Shown here piece by piece: positions 28,362 through 40,114 of a stretch of DNA of 64,000 nucleotides. Within the stretch, counting starts at the first letter, position 1; every line of letters begins with the position of its first letter. A model generated the notes under the pieces. It made no database searches. It was given only the letters and a program-made list of their open reading frames with translations, and was not told the origin of the DNA. This DNA is from Neophaeotheca triangularis (taxonomy: Eukaryota), in assembly GCA_054600435.1 (NCBI GenBank), contig BAAIJX010000004.1, positions 558,001 to 622,000 of the forward strand, read 5' to 3'. The position numbers and the translations under genes were made by a program.

Positions 28362-30833
28362 CTAACTAAAATGGTCCCCGTGATCCCCATTCCCCTTCTT
28401 CCCCCAAAGCCTCCCACTCCTCACCCTTCCGCGCTTCTGCCACTCCCTCTCTTCGCCCTCCCGCCTCAACCGACCCTCCCTCTTGCGCTCCCAGACGGCT
28501 CTGACCGTGCGCCGCGTCTGCTCGCGGCCCTCGTTGAAATTCGCGCGCGCCAGCGCCACCACGCTGTCGATTTCTTCCGGCGTGTAGACGAAGTTCCAGG
28601 TGCTCATGAAGTCGGAGGTTAGGGGGTCGACGCCGGGGACGAGCGGGTTGGCTAGGAGGGGGAAGTAGATGAGGGTTAGGCCTGCGGTTGGGGAGGTTAG
28701 GATCGCTGCGTCGGTTTCGTTGGAGGTGGGGCGGAGGCGGGTGCTGGTGGGGGTGTTGGGTTGGCTGGCAGGCTGGTGGTTGCTGTCGTTGCTGCTGCGG
28801 GACGGTGCTGGGGCTGGCGTCGTGGATTCGGTTTTGGTGCCTACCCAGACTGTGCAGTAGCCTAGATCTTCAGTGTCGGAGTCTTGCTGTTGGGCTTCGC
28901 GCAAATGGTCGTCGGCTTCTTTGCTAGTGGCGGCTTGGGCTTCGTCCAGTTCTTTGATCGTTTTCTCTTCCGGGTTGGTATGCGGTGGCCACCCGGCGCC
29001 GATGGGCCAGCCTTTGATGCCGCGTTGTTTGGCATAGCCATCGGCGACTCTGATCCAGTTGTCCGTCTTCACATCGGCGGAGGCGTCAAAGGCTATGATG
29101 ATGTCGACATCGCGGCCAGGGCGGAGGAGAGGGTAAATGGGCAGGTTGTTTGACATGCCTGCGTCCATGAGCTGCAGGTGTGTCAAAGTGTTGATGGATT
29201 CGGGTGCGGTAGATGGTAGTATGTTTGCCATGCCTTTGGCGTAGTTTGGAATGGTAGCCGGGTCGATCGGATGTACTTTGACGAGCTCCTCATCTTTCCC
29301 CGCGATCATTGAGTCGATCCCACCAAAACCGGCTAGACCTTTGACGATGGGCCTTATCTCCTTGTAGTAGTGTGAAAGCGTTGCGCAGAAGGCGCTGCCC
29401 CATATGCCCATTAGGAGGGGTATCCTGAGTTCCGGCAAGGCTAACCCGTTCTCTCGAAATACGTTACGGCCTCCTTCGAACTGCCTCCCTACAGCCCACG
29501 TAGGAATGCCTGCCTGCAGTTCTTCGGAATAGAATTCGTACGGACTCCATTCGAACCACTGAAACCACGACTCCTTTTTCGCTTTCTCGATGGCTTTGTC
29601 TTTGGGTAGATCGTTATCGGTCTCCTCGGGGGGTATCTCATGTCGAACAGCGGTATAAAGCGGTAGAGGGTGATGGCCTTTGTCGGTGTACCAGCGCTGG
29701 TTGGAAACCTTGAGATCGTAATCGCTGATACGGAGCCCTCCCTTTGGTATAAGCAACCTCGCGCCTAGTAGTAGTCCATAAATGTCAACGAGGCCAAAGT
29801 CTGCGTCGGGAATACCACGAAGCTTTTCAATCATGCCGCTGAGTAGGAATTTGTTGGTCGGTGCCTGGCTAACGAGGTCAAGCGCGGCCGGGGGAAATGC
29901 AATGTGAACGTCAAGTCTTTGCTTTAGGTGATTGAGAATGTTGGCATGGCTCTGATGCGAGATGGAAGAGTAGTAGAGGGATTGAAGCCAACAGCTCCCA
30001 GAAACGCCGGCTGTATAAGTCACACAATCGAAGAGACCAGCTTCGTGGGCGCAGAGGTAGGACGACGTCCCAGCTACAAGGGCGCGAAGACCGCCACCAG
30101 ATCCACACATGGCAATCGTGGGTACATCTTCGGGGTGGATCTCGGATTCAGGAACACCGAGATAGCGGGCGAGTGCTTTCGCCGTCTGCTTCTGACGCTT
30201 GCGCTTGAAAATTTGCTCTTCCAAGCATAAGCCATCGGAGACTCTGACGCGGGCATCCCAGATGATTTCAGGGTTAATCTCAGGATCGTGCGCATCCTCC
30301 CAGATTTCCCAACTCAGCGACCACGGCGCCATTGAGAGCTCATTCTGCAGCTTCTTGATAGCACCCGGCAATTCCTTGACCCAGTGCGGCATTACCATGT
30401 CGGCGATTTTGTCACCGAGCTGGCCGAAATCGAACCCGGTGAAAGCGTTCCCCACGCCAGCCAGGCGATTGGTGGCCTTCTCCCAGGCGGAAACATCATC
30501 CTCGGTAGTGTCTTGACCCGCAACAAGGGTGCGTTCGTGGCGCTTCGTTTGAGAAGGCGGTGATTGTTGGCCAGGTCTGCTGTGGTCGGCATCGTATTTG
30601 CGTGTACCTCCTTGGCCGTTGATATCCGTGAATCGGTTGGCCAAGGATGCATCGTGAGAGGTCACCGTAGATTTCCCTTTCCATTCCGAGGGGTCTTGAG
30701 GACTGTCCAGGCGTAGTTTCTCATGGTTCTGCCACGCAATAAGACCAGCCGTTACAGTGCTTCCGAACGCGTATCTACCAATGCGTTTCCTGCTTCCCCA
30801 AGCGATGGATCTTAGAAAGTGTGGCGTCGCCAT
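28362..30833 (-). CDS. Lysophospholipase / cytosolic PLA2-like protein (PLA2_B family)
   Basis: 823-aa ORF with GSGGGLRA (oxyanion Arg), GVSGSCW (nucleophile Ser), WFEWSPYE and LMDAG (catalytic Asp). Confidence 0.88.
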   Translation of the reverse strand: MATPHFLRSIAWGSRKRIGRYAFGSTVTAGLIAWQNHEKLRLDSPQDPSEWKGKSTVTSHDASLANRFTDINGQGGTRKYDADHSRPGQQSPPSQTKRHERTLVAGQDTTEDDVSAWEKATNRLAGVGNAFTGFDFGQLGDKIADMVMPHWVKELPGAIKKLQNELSMAPWSLSWEIWEDAHDPEINPEIIWDARVRVSDGLCLEEQIFKRKRQKQTAKALARYLGVPESEIHPEDVPTIAMCGSGGGLRALVAGTSSYLCAHEAGLFDCVTYTAGVSGSCWLQSLYYSSISHQSHANILNHLKQRLDVHIAFPPAALDLVSQAPTNKFLLSGMIEKLRGIPDADFGLVDIYGLLLGARLLIPKGGLRISDYDLKVSNQRWYTDKGHHPLPLYTAVRHEIPPEETDNDLPKDKAIEKAKKESWFQWFEWSPYEFYSEELQAGIPTWAVGRQFEGGRNVFRENGLALPELRIPLLMGIWGSAFCATLSHYYKEIRPIVKGLAGFGGIDSMIAGKDEELVKVHPIDPATIPNYAKGMANILPSTAPESINTLTHLQLMDAGMSNNLPIYPLLRPGRDVDIIIAFDASADVKTDNWIRVADGYAKQRGIKGWPIGAGWPPHTNPEEKTIKELDEAQAATSKEADDHLREAQQQDSDTEDLGYCTVWVGTKTESTTPAPAPSRSSNDSNHQPASQPNTPTSTRLRPTSNETDAAILTSPTAGLTLIYFPLLANPLVPGVDPLTSDFMSTWNFVYTPEEIDSVVALARANFNEGREQTRRTVRAVWERKREGRLRREGEEREWQKRGRVRSGRLWGKKGNGDHGDHFS

Positions 30834-31752
30834 GTAGCAAATCCAAGGCTTCTCATGCTAGTTCCTTGGCCTTTGAGGTATCGCAGCGAGTAGCAGCGCC
30901 CAGTTTTGATTTCTAGAGACAATGAGGGGAGTACGGAGGTATAACCGAGCGTATTTAATTTGAAAAGGGGAGCAGGACAAAAGGGAAGAGTGATAGATGG
31001 TCAAGAGTGGTTCAGGAGAAGATGATGGGGAAAACAACAAAGCGGTCGTCAAGCACGGCCAAAGTTAAAGTAGTAGCAGTACCTAGGTAGTGTCTACCTA
31101 CAGTACGCTCTCAGCCACACCTAAGAACCCGACATCCATTGGACGGAGGTAATTCCGACGTCATGTGCAGAGGTACCGTAGGTAGGTAGGTAAGTAGGTA
31201 CCGTACCTTACTTTTAGGTAGTAGTAGGCCGGGAATACTTGCAGTAGGTGGCATCCAATTCAACTCCAATCTTTTAGAGCTGACGCCCGTTATCCCTCAA
31301 TGAGAAGGGTTTATCGAAGGAAAGCCGTGTTGACGATGCTGTGGGCTGTGATCATAAAGTCGAGGCATAAAGCTTCAGAGCCCGAATGTTGCTCGCGAAG
31401 CTTAGGCCAGCTTGACCTCTTCCAACCACACCTACATGACATGCTACTTCGTTGCACGTACAGTATACCACTTTACCCCTACAATTAATAGCGTCACTGG
31501 GTAAGCGCGCGACCAAGGCCTTGAGCACAACTCTGTCACAGTCCGCCTAGCCGTATTCCTACCAGCTTTCCGACACTCTGCGGTGCAGTGAACACAGAGC
31601 ACGCGTGCCATCACTAGTCGCAGCGCTATGTGAGAAAAGCAGGCCATGCTATTGCAGTCTGCAACATTCTCGCCCTATTACTCTAGCGGCCTACGCGACG
31701 TCAACTCGTTTGCACATAATATTCGACTAGGCGCCTGACTAAACCGCCCAAT

Positions 31753-33648
31753 ATGCTCGCCCCTCGACGCGCCGCCTTCGCAGAGGAGTCGGCAGAAGTG
31801 GAGGTCCTCTACGCCAACTTGGAGAAGATGAAGTCCCTCACCAAGAAGATCCAAGGGAGCATGACCAGGCTGGATGTCTCAGGCCGGACGGTACAAGAGG
31901 CTATAGGCCCCATCTACGGCAACACCCAACGTCTCCAGACCACCAGCTCTAATGTGGACAAGATACTCGAGGCGATTGAGAAGGTGCGAGAGCCTTTGGA
32001 CATGCGCAACAAGGAGGAGAGGATATTGAGAAGTCGGCCGGACCGCGTGGGATTGAATGAGTACATCTCAAGTATCGATCGTACGAACCAGGCGTTGAAG
32101 GACTTGAAGTCTACGAATATGAGGAGCAACCAGCAGGCTATCACTGAACTGCAAGGGCTACTATCAAGTGGAGCGCAGAGTCTCGAGGGCGTCTTCAGAG
32201 ATATGCTGAGGCAGGACTCTCAGCCCATAGAACCGTTGCAGCAGATCACGAGAGGAGCCGAATTCCCTCGGCTATCGTCTGGGAAGAGCGGGCAGTTGAG
32301 GACGATCAACCAGCACATTTCGCAGTCTGCCGCCAATGCTTCTGGAAGATCTGATGACCTCTCGCCATCTGCAAAGGTCTATTCGCGGGAAAGGGGCGAC
32401 TATATCAGCCTATCGTTGCAGAACCTCTCGGCAGCTTCGTTGTCTACGGCGAAAAAGACCAGCGCGGATGCTGTTTACAAGCAAAACACAAACGCCATTG
32501 GTACCTATGCTCAGGGTATACAGGGCATGTTTCTAGCAGAGTACGACAACATCTGTCCCGTCTTTGCAAGGGAAGAGTGGGGTGCAGTACTGCTAGCAAC
32601 TTGCCAGAATGCATTGCAGACTTTCGCCAAGACCCTACAAGACCTCGACGCACACATCCGGACGAACCTGATCACGGACTGCTACCTTGCCTACGAAATC
32701 GTGGGTGTGGTATCGACAACGTCGTTTCAGCTCGAAAATAGAACTGGCGAGCTGAAACAACCAATGTCAGATGCACTCAAGCCCGTGCGAGAGACTGCGA
32801 AGAACTCTCTATCGGCGCTACTCAACGATACGAAAGCCAAGGTCCAACAGATTGCGACGTTGTCCATGGAAGGCAGTTCAGTGCCATACACCACTGATGT
32901 TATGACGCGATTGCAACTCATGACAGCCTACTTACCGCCACTGAGCAGCATCATGCGGAGTCTAGGGGATGGCGGCTGGAAAAGCAACAACACTCCGGAC
33001 TCCAGCACCTCCGTCCCGACTATGAAGTCGTTCGACGTCGGTGCAGACGGCAAGCAGCTCTTCGCCCACTACGCCTCCGACACCATCGATACCTTGCTGA
33101 CCGCCCTCGAATCACGTTCACGGGCACTGCTCAAAGGCAAAGGCCTCCACGGTGTCTTCTTATTCAACAATGTCGCCGTGATCGAGCGCATGATCCGCTC
33201 CTCTGACCTTCAGCCCGTACTCGGCAATGCGCCACCCATAGTCGAGTCCTGGAAGAAGAAATCCACGCAAGCCTACATGGAGCTCTGGAAAGAAACCAGC
33301 GGCTACCTCTTCGACGTTCAACACACGTCCAAGACCCCTCGTCCACCCTCCACAGGCCGCGGCGTCGACAGCGCCGCCGTTGTCAAAACCCTCTCGTCCA
33401 AAGAAAAAGACACCATCAAGGAGAAATTCCGCAACTTCAACACCTCTTTCGACGACTGCGTCGCTCGGCACAAGTCCTTCAAAATCGAGCCCGAGGTTAG
33501 GAGGGTTCTGGCTCACGATGTCCAGAGGTTTATCGAGCCGCTGTATGGCAGATTTTGGGAGCGGTATCATGAGATTGACAAGGGAAAGGGGAAGTATGTC
33601 AAGTATGATAAGAGTCAGTTGAATGGGGTGTTGGCCTCCCTAGGCTAG
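31753..33648 (+). CDS. EXO70: Exocyst subunit Exo70
   Basis: 631-aa helical ORF with N-terminal AEESAEVEVL and C-terminal KDTIKEKFRNFN..FD, PLYGRFWERY and KYVKYD. Confidence 0.92.
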   Translation: MLAPRRAAFAEESAEVEVLYANLEKMKSLTKKIQGSMTRLDVSGRTVQEAIGPIYGNTQRLQTTSSNVDKILEAIEKVREPLDMRNKEERILRSRPDRVGLNEYISSIDRTNQALKDLKSTNMRSNQQAITELQGLLSSGAQSLEGVFRDMLRQDSQPIEPLQQITRGAEFPRLSSGKSGQLRTINQHISQSAANASGRSDDLSPSAKVYSRERGDYISLSLQNLSAASLSTAKKTSADAVYKQNTNAIGTYAQGIQGMFLAEYDNICPVFAREEWGAVLLATCQNALQTFAKTLQDLDAHIRTNLITDCYLAYEIVGVVSTTSFQLENRTGELKQPMSDALKPVRETAKNSLSALLNDTKAKVQQIATLSMEGSSVPYTTDVMTRLQLMTAYLPPLSSIMRSLGDGGWKSNNTPDSSTSVPTMKSFDVGADGKQLFAHYASDTIDTLLTALESRSRALLKGKGLHGVFLFNNVAVIERMIRSSDLQPVLGNAPPIVESWKKKSTQAYMELWKETSGYLFDVQHTSKTPRPPSTGRGVDSAAVVKTLSSKEKDTIKEKFRNFNTSFDDCVARHKSFKIEPEVRRVLAHDVQRFIEPLYGRFWERYHEIDKGKGKYVKYDKSQLNGVLASLG

Positions 33649-34631
33649 AAGTCTGGGGTTGAGAGGAGGAGTGTCAGGTTGCGAAGGTTGAGTTTGGGGT
33701 TGTTGGGGGAGGTGGGTGGGGGCGTGAAGGAGGAAATCGAGGGATCCTGACCGGGTTGACGCAGTTTGTGTTTCAAGAGCGTGGAGTTCGATGGCGCTAG
33801 AGGCGTTGAGTAGGACGGGAGTCGAACGATTCTAGTATCTACAATTACAGCTGCTGAGCGGCGCCCGACTTGGTAGCCATGTCTTTCCTTGTAGCCCAGG
33901 AGCTTGACGTCAATGCCCTGCATTAAGGTGTCAACGCGCGTTCCCTTCCCACGTGATGTGCGTTCATCATGGTAGAGCTCTTCATATCATGACTTGGGTA
34001 GGTAGGTAACATGAACTGTAGACAGGGTACGCGGCCATAAAGGACGGAGCCTAGTCATCATATAGTGATATAAGTTATATATTAGCTTATTACATAAGGT
34101 AGACATGCTGAAATATTCCAGGGTGTGTCGCGGCTGTGAGTGGTCAGAGCGGGTCAATGTAGACTTTGCGCTAGCGGTTTTGCGGAGAGATTGGGACGCC
34201 TGCCAAAGCCGAGACCGAAGGGAAAGGGGACTTGTAGTACACGGGGCACGTTACCACCTCACTACACCTTTCTCGACTCCATCCGCGATTCATACCCCCC
34301 CCTACCGCATCTGCCCAGCTCCCAGCAGCGCGCCTGCCAACGACGACGACATCTCCGACTTCATCTCCTCGTCTTGATTGTCCTCCATTCTGTACCCTCC
34401 CTCGACCACGACTTTCTCCCAACCCAATCCCTCCCTAATACGCACGTGAAGCTCGGCGGCCCCCCAGGTGAAACGCGGCTTCTCTTGCTGCTTCGGAATT
34501 TCTACCAAAGTACGGCACCTCTCTCCGTCGCGGCTTGCAACTGCACCTTCTGTGAGCTACTCTGACCTTTGCTGCCAGCAGGTACGCCACGTTCAACAGC
34601 ATAGGCATCTCCTTCCTCGAGCGCGATCAAT

Positions 34632-36531
34632 ATGGGTAAGCAAACAACTCTCTCTCTGCCTCCCCCCCTTTGCCCTCGACCGAGACATCACTTCCACGCA
34701 TCCTCCCGCGCACGACGACGTCCTCCTTTTGTCCAATCCCCCCTCATTTGCCTGCCTCCCTTTCACAACCTCTCCACGTGGTCGCACGGGTTGGGCATGC
34801 CCCTATAACATACCATGTCTGCCTTCGTACAAGCCGCCGACCCTCTCAACCTCAATGACCCGGTCTCCCTCGGCACAGGAACCGCGGCACAGCCAAGGGC
34901 CGTCAGCAAAGCCTCCGACAACAACACCTCCGTCGCCGATGTCACGAACCGCAAATCATCGCATGACACTGACCTTCGCGCTATAACAGCAACCGCAAAC
35001 GGCGCTGCATCTCCATCCAGCCGCACCTCCCCACCCGTCCCTGGCGATGCCACCGCGAACGGCAAGCCAACCTCTCCAGGTGCTGTAGAGCACAGGAACC
35101 CCATGCCCAACGGTGGAAACAACACAGCCCCCCAGACCGTGAGCTCGAAAGACCCGAAGGCGGCAGCGCAGGCGGCAAGCGACATGAGGAACATTGTTCG
35201 CAGAAAGCTCACGGGATACGTCGGGTTCGCGAACCTGCCAAACCAATGGCACCGCAAGAGTGTTCGCAAGGGATTCAACTTCAACGTTATGGTCGTTGGT
35301 ATGTAGACGAGCAAGATTCCACAAGCAGGGGCAAGCAGCCTACTAATCGCTCCATCGTAGGTGAATCTGGCCTTGGAAAATCTACTCTCGTCAACACTCT
35401 TTTCAACACCTCCCTCTACCCTCCAAAGGAGCGCAAGCAGCCATCTCTCGATTTTGCCCCAAAGACCGTCAGCATACAGTCCATCAGCGCCGACATCGAA
35501 GAGAACGGCGTGCGCCTGCGCCTTACCGTAGTTGACACTCCCGGCTTCGGCGATTTCGTGAACAACGACGACTCTTGGAGACCGATCGTCGAGAACATTG
35601 AGCAGCGCTTCGACGCGTACCTGGACTCGGAGAACAAGGTCAATCGCATGAACATCATCGACAATCGCGTGCATGCTTGCGTCTACTTTGTGCAGCCGAC
35701 TGGTCACTCTCTCAAGCCATTGGATGTCGAAGTGATGCGCAGGCTTCACACCAAGGTCAACCTCATCCCTGTCATCGCCAAATCCGATACCCTCACCGAC
35801 GATGAAATTGCGGCCTTTAAGCAGCGTGTAAGTTAGAATTCCATGTGCGAAATGTCCGATCAAGGGACAATAGCACTAACACTCTACAGATTCTTGCCGA
35901 TGTCCAGCACCACAACATCCACATCTTCGAAGGCCCTCGCTACGAGCTCGATGACGAGGAGACCATTGCCGAAAACAACGAAATCATGTCCAAAGTCCCA
36001 TTCGCGGTAGTCGGTGCCAACTCCGAAGTCCAAACACCCGAGGGCCGCAAAGTGCGCGGCCGCCGCTACCCATGGGGTGTTATCGAGGTTGACAACGAAG
36101 AGCACTGCGATTTTGTCAAGCTACGCCAGATGCTCATCCGAACGCACATGGAAGAGCTCAAGGAACACACCAACAACTACCTCTACGAGAACTACCGCTC
36201 CGACAAGCTTACCTCCATGGGCGTGGCGCAGGACCCATCTGTCTTCAAGGAGGTCAACCCGGCCGTCAAGCAAGAGGAGGAGCGCTCCCTTCACGAGCAG
36301 AAGCTGGCCAAGATGGAACTCGAGATGAAGATGGTGTTTCAGCAAAAGGTGCAGGAGAAGGAGAGCAAGCTCAAGCAGAGCGAGGAGGAGCTGTACGCCC
36401 GGCACCGCGAGATGAAGGAGCAGCTCGACCGCCAGCGACAAGAGCTCGAGGAGAAGAAGGGCAGAATCGAGTCCGGTCGGCCCGTGGAAGAGAAGGGAAG
36501 GAAGAAGGGCGGCTTCTCGCTGAGGGGTTAG
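34632..36531 (+). CDS. CDC3: Septin Cdc3/AspB; likely exons 34632-34635, 34990-35298, 35361-35827, 35890-36531 (alternative start at 34815)
   Basis: [53 protein letters not shown] and a C-terminal coiled coil. Introns 35299-35360 and 35828-35889 are canonical. The first micro-exon is inferred. Confidence 0.93.
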
Positions 36532-37288
36532 ATTGGTCAGGGCGAAGAGGTGTTGAGCGCGGCTCGGCGCTGATACTGGCTGTGCTATACTTTTACCTGA
36601 GCGTTGGGGCTTGCGAGGTGTTTTGATCAGACACTGGCAAGCGCAATGGCTCTCGCGAGCAGGAAGGCCGATGCTGGGGGAGTACGAGCGGGAAGAAACT
36701 ATTGTGGGCAGCGGTAATGTGACTAATCTATATCCACAACTCCTTTCTAAAAGCTGGTCGGCTAGTTCGAGGGCAGCTTTTGAGATCGTTAGACTGTGAA
36801 GGGTGGACTGTCTTTATAACTTGCGTGATTTCAAGAGCGGAAGAGCGTTCAGGGCGAGGGAGGGAAAACCAGAGTTGTGATACCACAGCGCTTTCATTAT
36901 TGTGTTTCTATTGTGGTACCTAGGTAGGGATGAAGAAAGGGTCTCTTTTAGTAAGCATTCGTAGCGGAGAGGGCTGTGTTGTGATGGGTATTTCTTAGTC
37001 AGGTACCGTAGATTGTATTGCAATTGCTGGGTGGTACTTTCTCTGAGCTTAAGGCTGTTAGTGAGGTCTGCGAGATGAGGTGTTACTGGCATTGCTTATT
37101 TGGGCAAGGCTATTTGCTCCAGCCCCCACGGCTGCACCTCGAACACAACCTCAGGCTTGGAGGTCGTTACTCATATTGCTCTCGTACTACTGCACTCTTA
37201 CACCAGTCACTCTCTTCTGCCACCAGATGTTATTCGACGGCCAAAGTGCTATTCGGCGGAACAGCCATTCTTCGAATCTTGACTTGTA

Positions 37289-38725
37289 ATGCTTAGCTGC
37301 AGCCCAAGGGCTACACTAACGCGCCATGGCATTTCGCATCACGTTATCCATTGGCGACCCAAGGCCTCCCTGAGAGCTCCTTTACTGCCCACACAAGGGC
37401 ACAGGCACATCCAGACAGCCACCGTCACAGACGCCGACATAGTCCGCCTAGCCAGCACGCCTCTCCATCCTCTCACCCTCGCAGACCTCTGCTCCCACGG
37501 CCGACCTCCCCTCTCCACGGCCTCCCTCCTCGACAGCGCAAACTTTACCCTTTCCATTCTTCCCTCCCGCCTCGCCCACCGCATCCAATCCATCCGCGCT
37601 CTCCCCTACATTGTCGTCGCGAACCCAAACGTCAGCCGCATCCACGCAAACTATGTCCACAGCCTCTCCACCCTGCTTCCCTACGCCGAGCGCTCGGGCG
37701 GGAAGCGCATCGAGACCCTGGAGGAAGAAGTCCAATTCACGGAGGTCATGGCCGACCTAGTCAACACGCACAGCAACACCATCTCCATCCTCGCCCGTGG
37801 CTTCCTGGAAGCCCGCAAGTACATCGGCAAAGCCGAAGTCACCCGCTTCCTCGACGAGCACTTGCGCGCTCGTATTGGCACCCGCTTGATCGCCGAACAG
37901 CACATTGCACTGCACTTTAGCTCGCAAGCGCATTCCTCGGACTCCCAGCAGCAGCAGCCCGTCCAAGACTCCAGCTACATCGGAGTCATCGACACGGCTC
38001 TCAAACCCGCCAACATCATCCGCAGCTGTGAAGCCACCGTCGGCGAAATCTGCGAACTGAAATACGGCGTTCGTCCCTCCGTGGAAATCATCGGCTCCCC
38101 TGAGACCACCATGGCTCACATTCCCATGCACTTGGAATACGTCCTTACCGAATTGCTGAAGAATAGTTTCCGCGCGACCATCGAGGCGGGTATGGAGAAA
38201 GAAGCGATTCAAGTCACGATCGCGCCAGCGCCAGCAACGGGCGAGCAGACGAGCCGGAGTAGCGATAAACCGGATGGGGGCGAGCAAGGGCTGGCTGAGC
38301 ATACGGAGGGTGTTCTGAGCAGCGGCGAACACCAGGGCGCTGTAGCCGGAGGGCGGAGTGGTGGCGGTGGCGGCGTCATCCGCGCTCTGGACAAGAGTAC
38401 CCCGGGCGTGACTATACGGCTTCGAGACCGGGGCGGTGGCATCGCGCCCGAGGTTTATAGGGATTTGTGGGAGTATGGGTTCACGACTTTCAATGAGGAT
38501 GAGATTCATGACAAAACTTCTGGTGGTGGTGGGGGTGGGGGTATGAATGCTTTGGATCTTATCAGTGGGGGCGCGGGAGGGGGTAGTAGTTTGGCGGGTT
38601 TGGGCTATGGGTTGCCGTTGGGTAGGGCTTATGCCGAGTATTTTGGTGGAGGGATCGCTGTGCAGAGTCTTTGGGGTTGGGGGACGGATGTTTATGTTAG
38701 TTTGAGGGGGGTTGGGAGGGTTTGA
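37289..38725 (+). CDS. Mitochondrial alpha-ketoacid dehydrogenase kinase (BCKDK/PDK family)
   Basis: Arg-rich presequence-like N-terminus; RLAHRI, FLDEHLRARIGTRLIAEQH, ELLKNSFRA (N box), DRGGGI (G1), GFTT and AGLGYGLPLGRAYAEYFGG. Confidence 0.92.
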   Translation: MLSCSPRATLTRHGISHHVIHWRPKASLRAPLLPTQGHRHIQTATVTDADIVRLASTPLHPLTLADLCSHGRPPLSTASLLDSANFTLSILPSRLAHRIQSIRALPYIVVANPNVSRIHANYVHSLSTLLPYAERSGGKRIETLEEEVQFTEVMADLVNTHSNTISILARGFLEARKYIGKAEVTRFLDEHLRARIGTRLIAEQHIALHFSSQAHSSDSQQQQPVQDSSYIGVIDTALKPANIIRSCEATVGEICELKYGVRPSVEIIGSPETTMAHIPMHLEYVLTELLKNSFRATIEAGMEKEAIQVTIAPAPATGEQTSRSSDKPDGGEQGLAEHTEGVLSSGEHQGAVAGGRSGGGGGVIRALDKSTPGVTIRLRDRGGGIAPEVYRDLWEYGFTTFNEDEIHDKTSGGGGGGGMNALDLISGGAGGGSSLAGLGYGLPLGRAYAEYFGGGIAVQSLWGWGTDVYVSLRGVGRV

Positions 38726-40114
38726 TAGGGTCGGAATGACTGAATGCGTCGGATGGGTTTTGGTGTGGGTGTTCGCTGCTTCACTGCCATGTTCCAGTGT
38801 CAGAGCTATGGAAGTTCGAGATGAGGCTGGGACTATGATCGTTCAGCTCGTGAAGTGGACGTAAACAAAAGGGCTCGTCGAGTGGATGAAGCAATCAAGG
38901 CTTCTCGAAGAAGACATTGGTCTTAGAAGCCGCGCTCAAGAGAGGTAGAAGTGAATCGTGGACGACTTGCAAACGAGGCAAATGCTCAACCCAGCTTTGT
39001 TCGGGTGCAGGGCCGTACTGGACCCTCGCTGCAGTGGTAGAGACAGGAAGAGCGAATAGACGCGGCTAACAAGACGAAGTCGTCAATTCTCATTCTCACA
39101 TCACCAGGTTGGTTGGACGTCCTCTTTGCCTAGGGATATCTCTTGCTGCTTTTTGCTTCCTTTTCTTGCTTCCTCTTCTTCTGGTCGCTCTCCGCAAGAA
39201 CGAGCTGCAAGCTCTTATGTTCGCGCAATTGGCATTGTACCGTGGTCCTCATTCCTGGCCGACTATCCTAGCTGACACACGATGTTTCCACTGAGACCAG
39301 GACTGAAAACAGCGCACGCAACCCGCTGCTAAGAGACCCAAGAAGTCGGCCGTGTGAGCTTCTCATTCGCACCCGAATTAGCCACATCATCCCCGATCGA
39401 CAACTACCTTCCCAGGACACGCTTTCGAGTGTACGCTTTGTAGCCACCCTGACGAGAAATAAGATGAACGCTGGAGACTAGACAACCTCTCGTGGTGGAT
39501 GGAGGGCAGTGTCGCCCGGGGCGTTTGTTGTGCCTTTGTCCGATCTCATGGGTTGACTCGAGCACAGGAGCCTCACTGGAGAGGCCCGCGACTCACTCAC
39601 CGAGTTCTACTCGCGGGGGCCCGTAGCTCGTTCATACCAAACCAATAGGGATCTTGTTCCTTGGTGGCTGGTCAATTTTAACGAGGTCGGTTACTAGGAG
39701 TACAGTGGAGCCCCTAGCCAGAAGTTTCAATGGAAGGACCTTGGTGAGGCCTGCAAACATCTTATGTTCCTAGATTTCGGAACACTGGGTCCTTTGTTCT
39801 CGCAATCGATCTTGAGTACGATGCCCTTTGTTCAAAGCGTGCGACTGCTGCGAGCCGAAGGATTTCCCCCGGGCGCGATCCTGCAGCTCGCTTGTGCAGC
39901 CTGCAGAGAGCCCGGGTGCCAGAACCAACCAGAGCACCACCGGCGTAGGGTGTCATTATTTATTGGGTGCCGTGCCTGCAGGCTGTTGTCACGCCATCAA
40001 CGTCGAAGGTGGCGGGGCTTTCTCACAAACCGGTGAGTGCTCAGGTCATATATATCATGCAGGTACGTCTTCGGGACCTAACACCATCTCCTCCAGTTGA
40101 CGACTTGCGACGCC

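Noticed and set aside
34510..34590. Possible 5'-UTR intron followed by a 3-nt exon (CAGCAG|GTACGC) upstream of CDC3
   Set aside because: The donors are weak and there is no reading-frame constraint to test it; it cannot be supported without transcript data.
38730..40100. Telomerase RNA, RNase P/MRP RNA or snR30 assignment for the structured segment
   Set aside because: There is no CCCTAA template on either strand. The minus-strand GAAAGCCCC lacks the bulged U of helix P4 and no GARAR loop follows it. The m1-like ATGTTCCTA has no matching m2 or H box.
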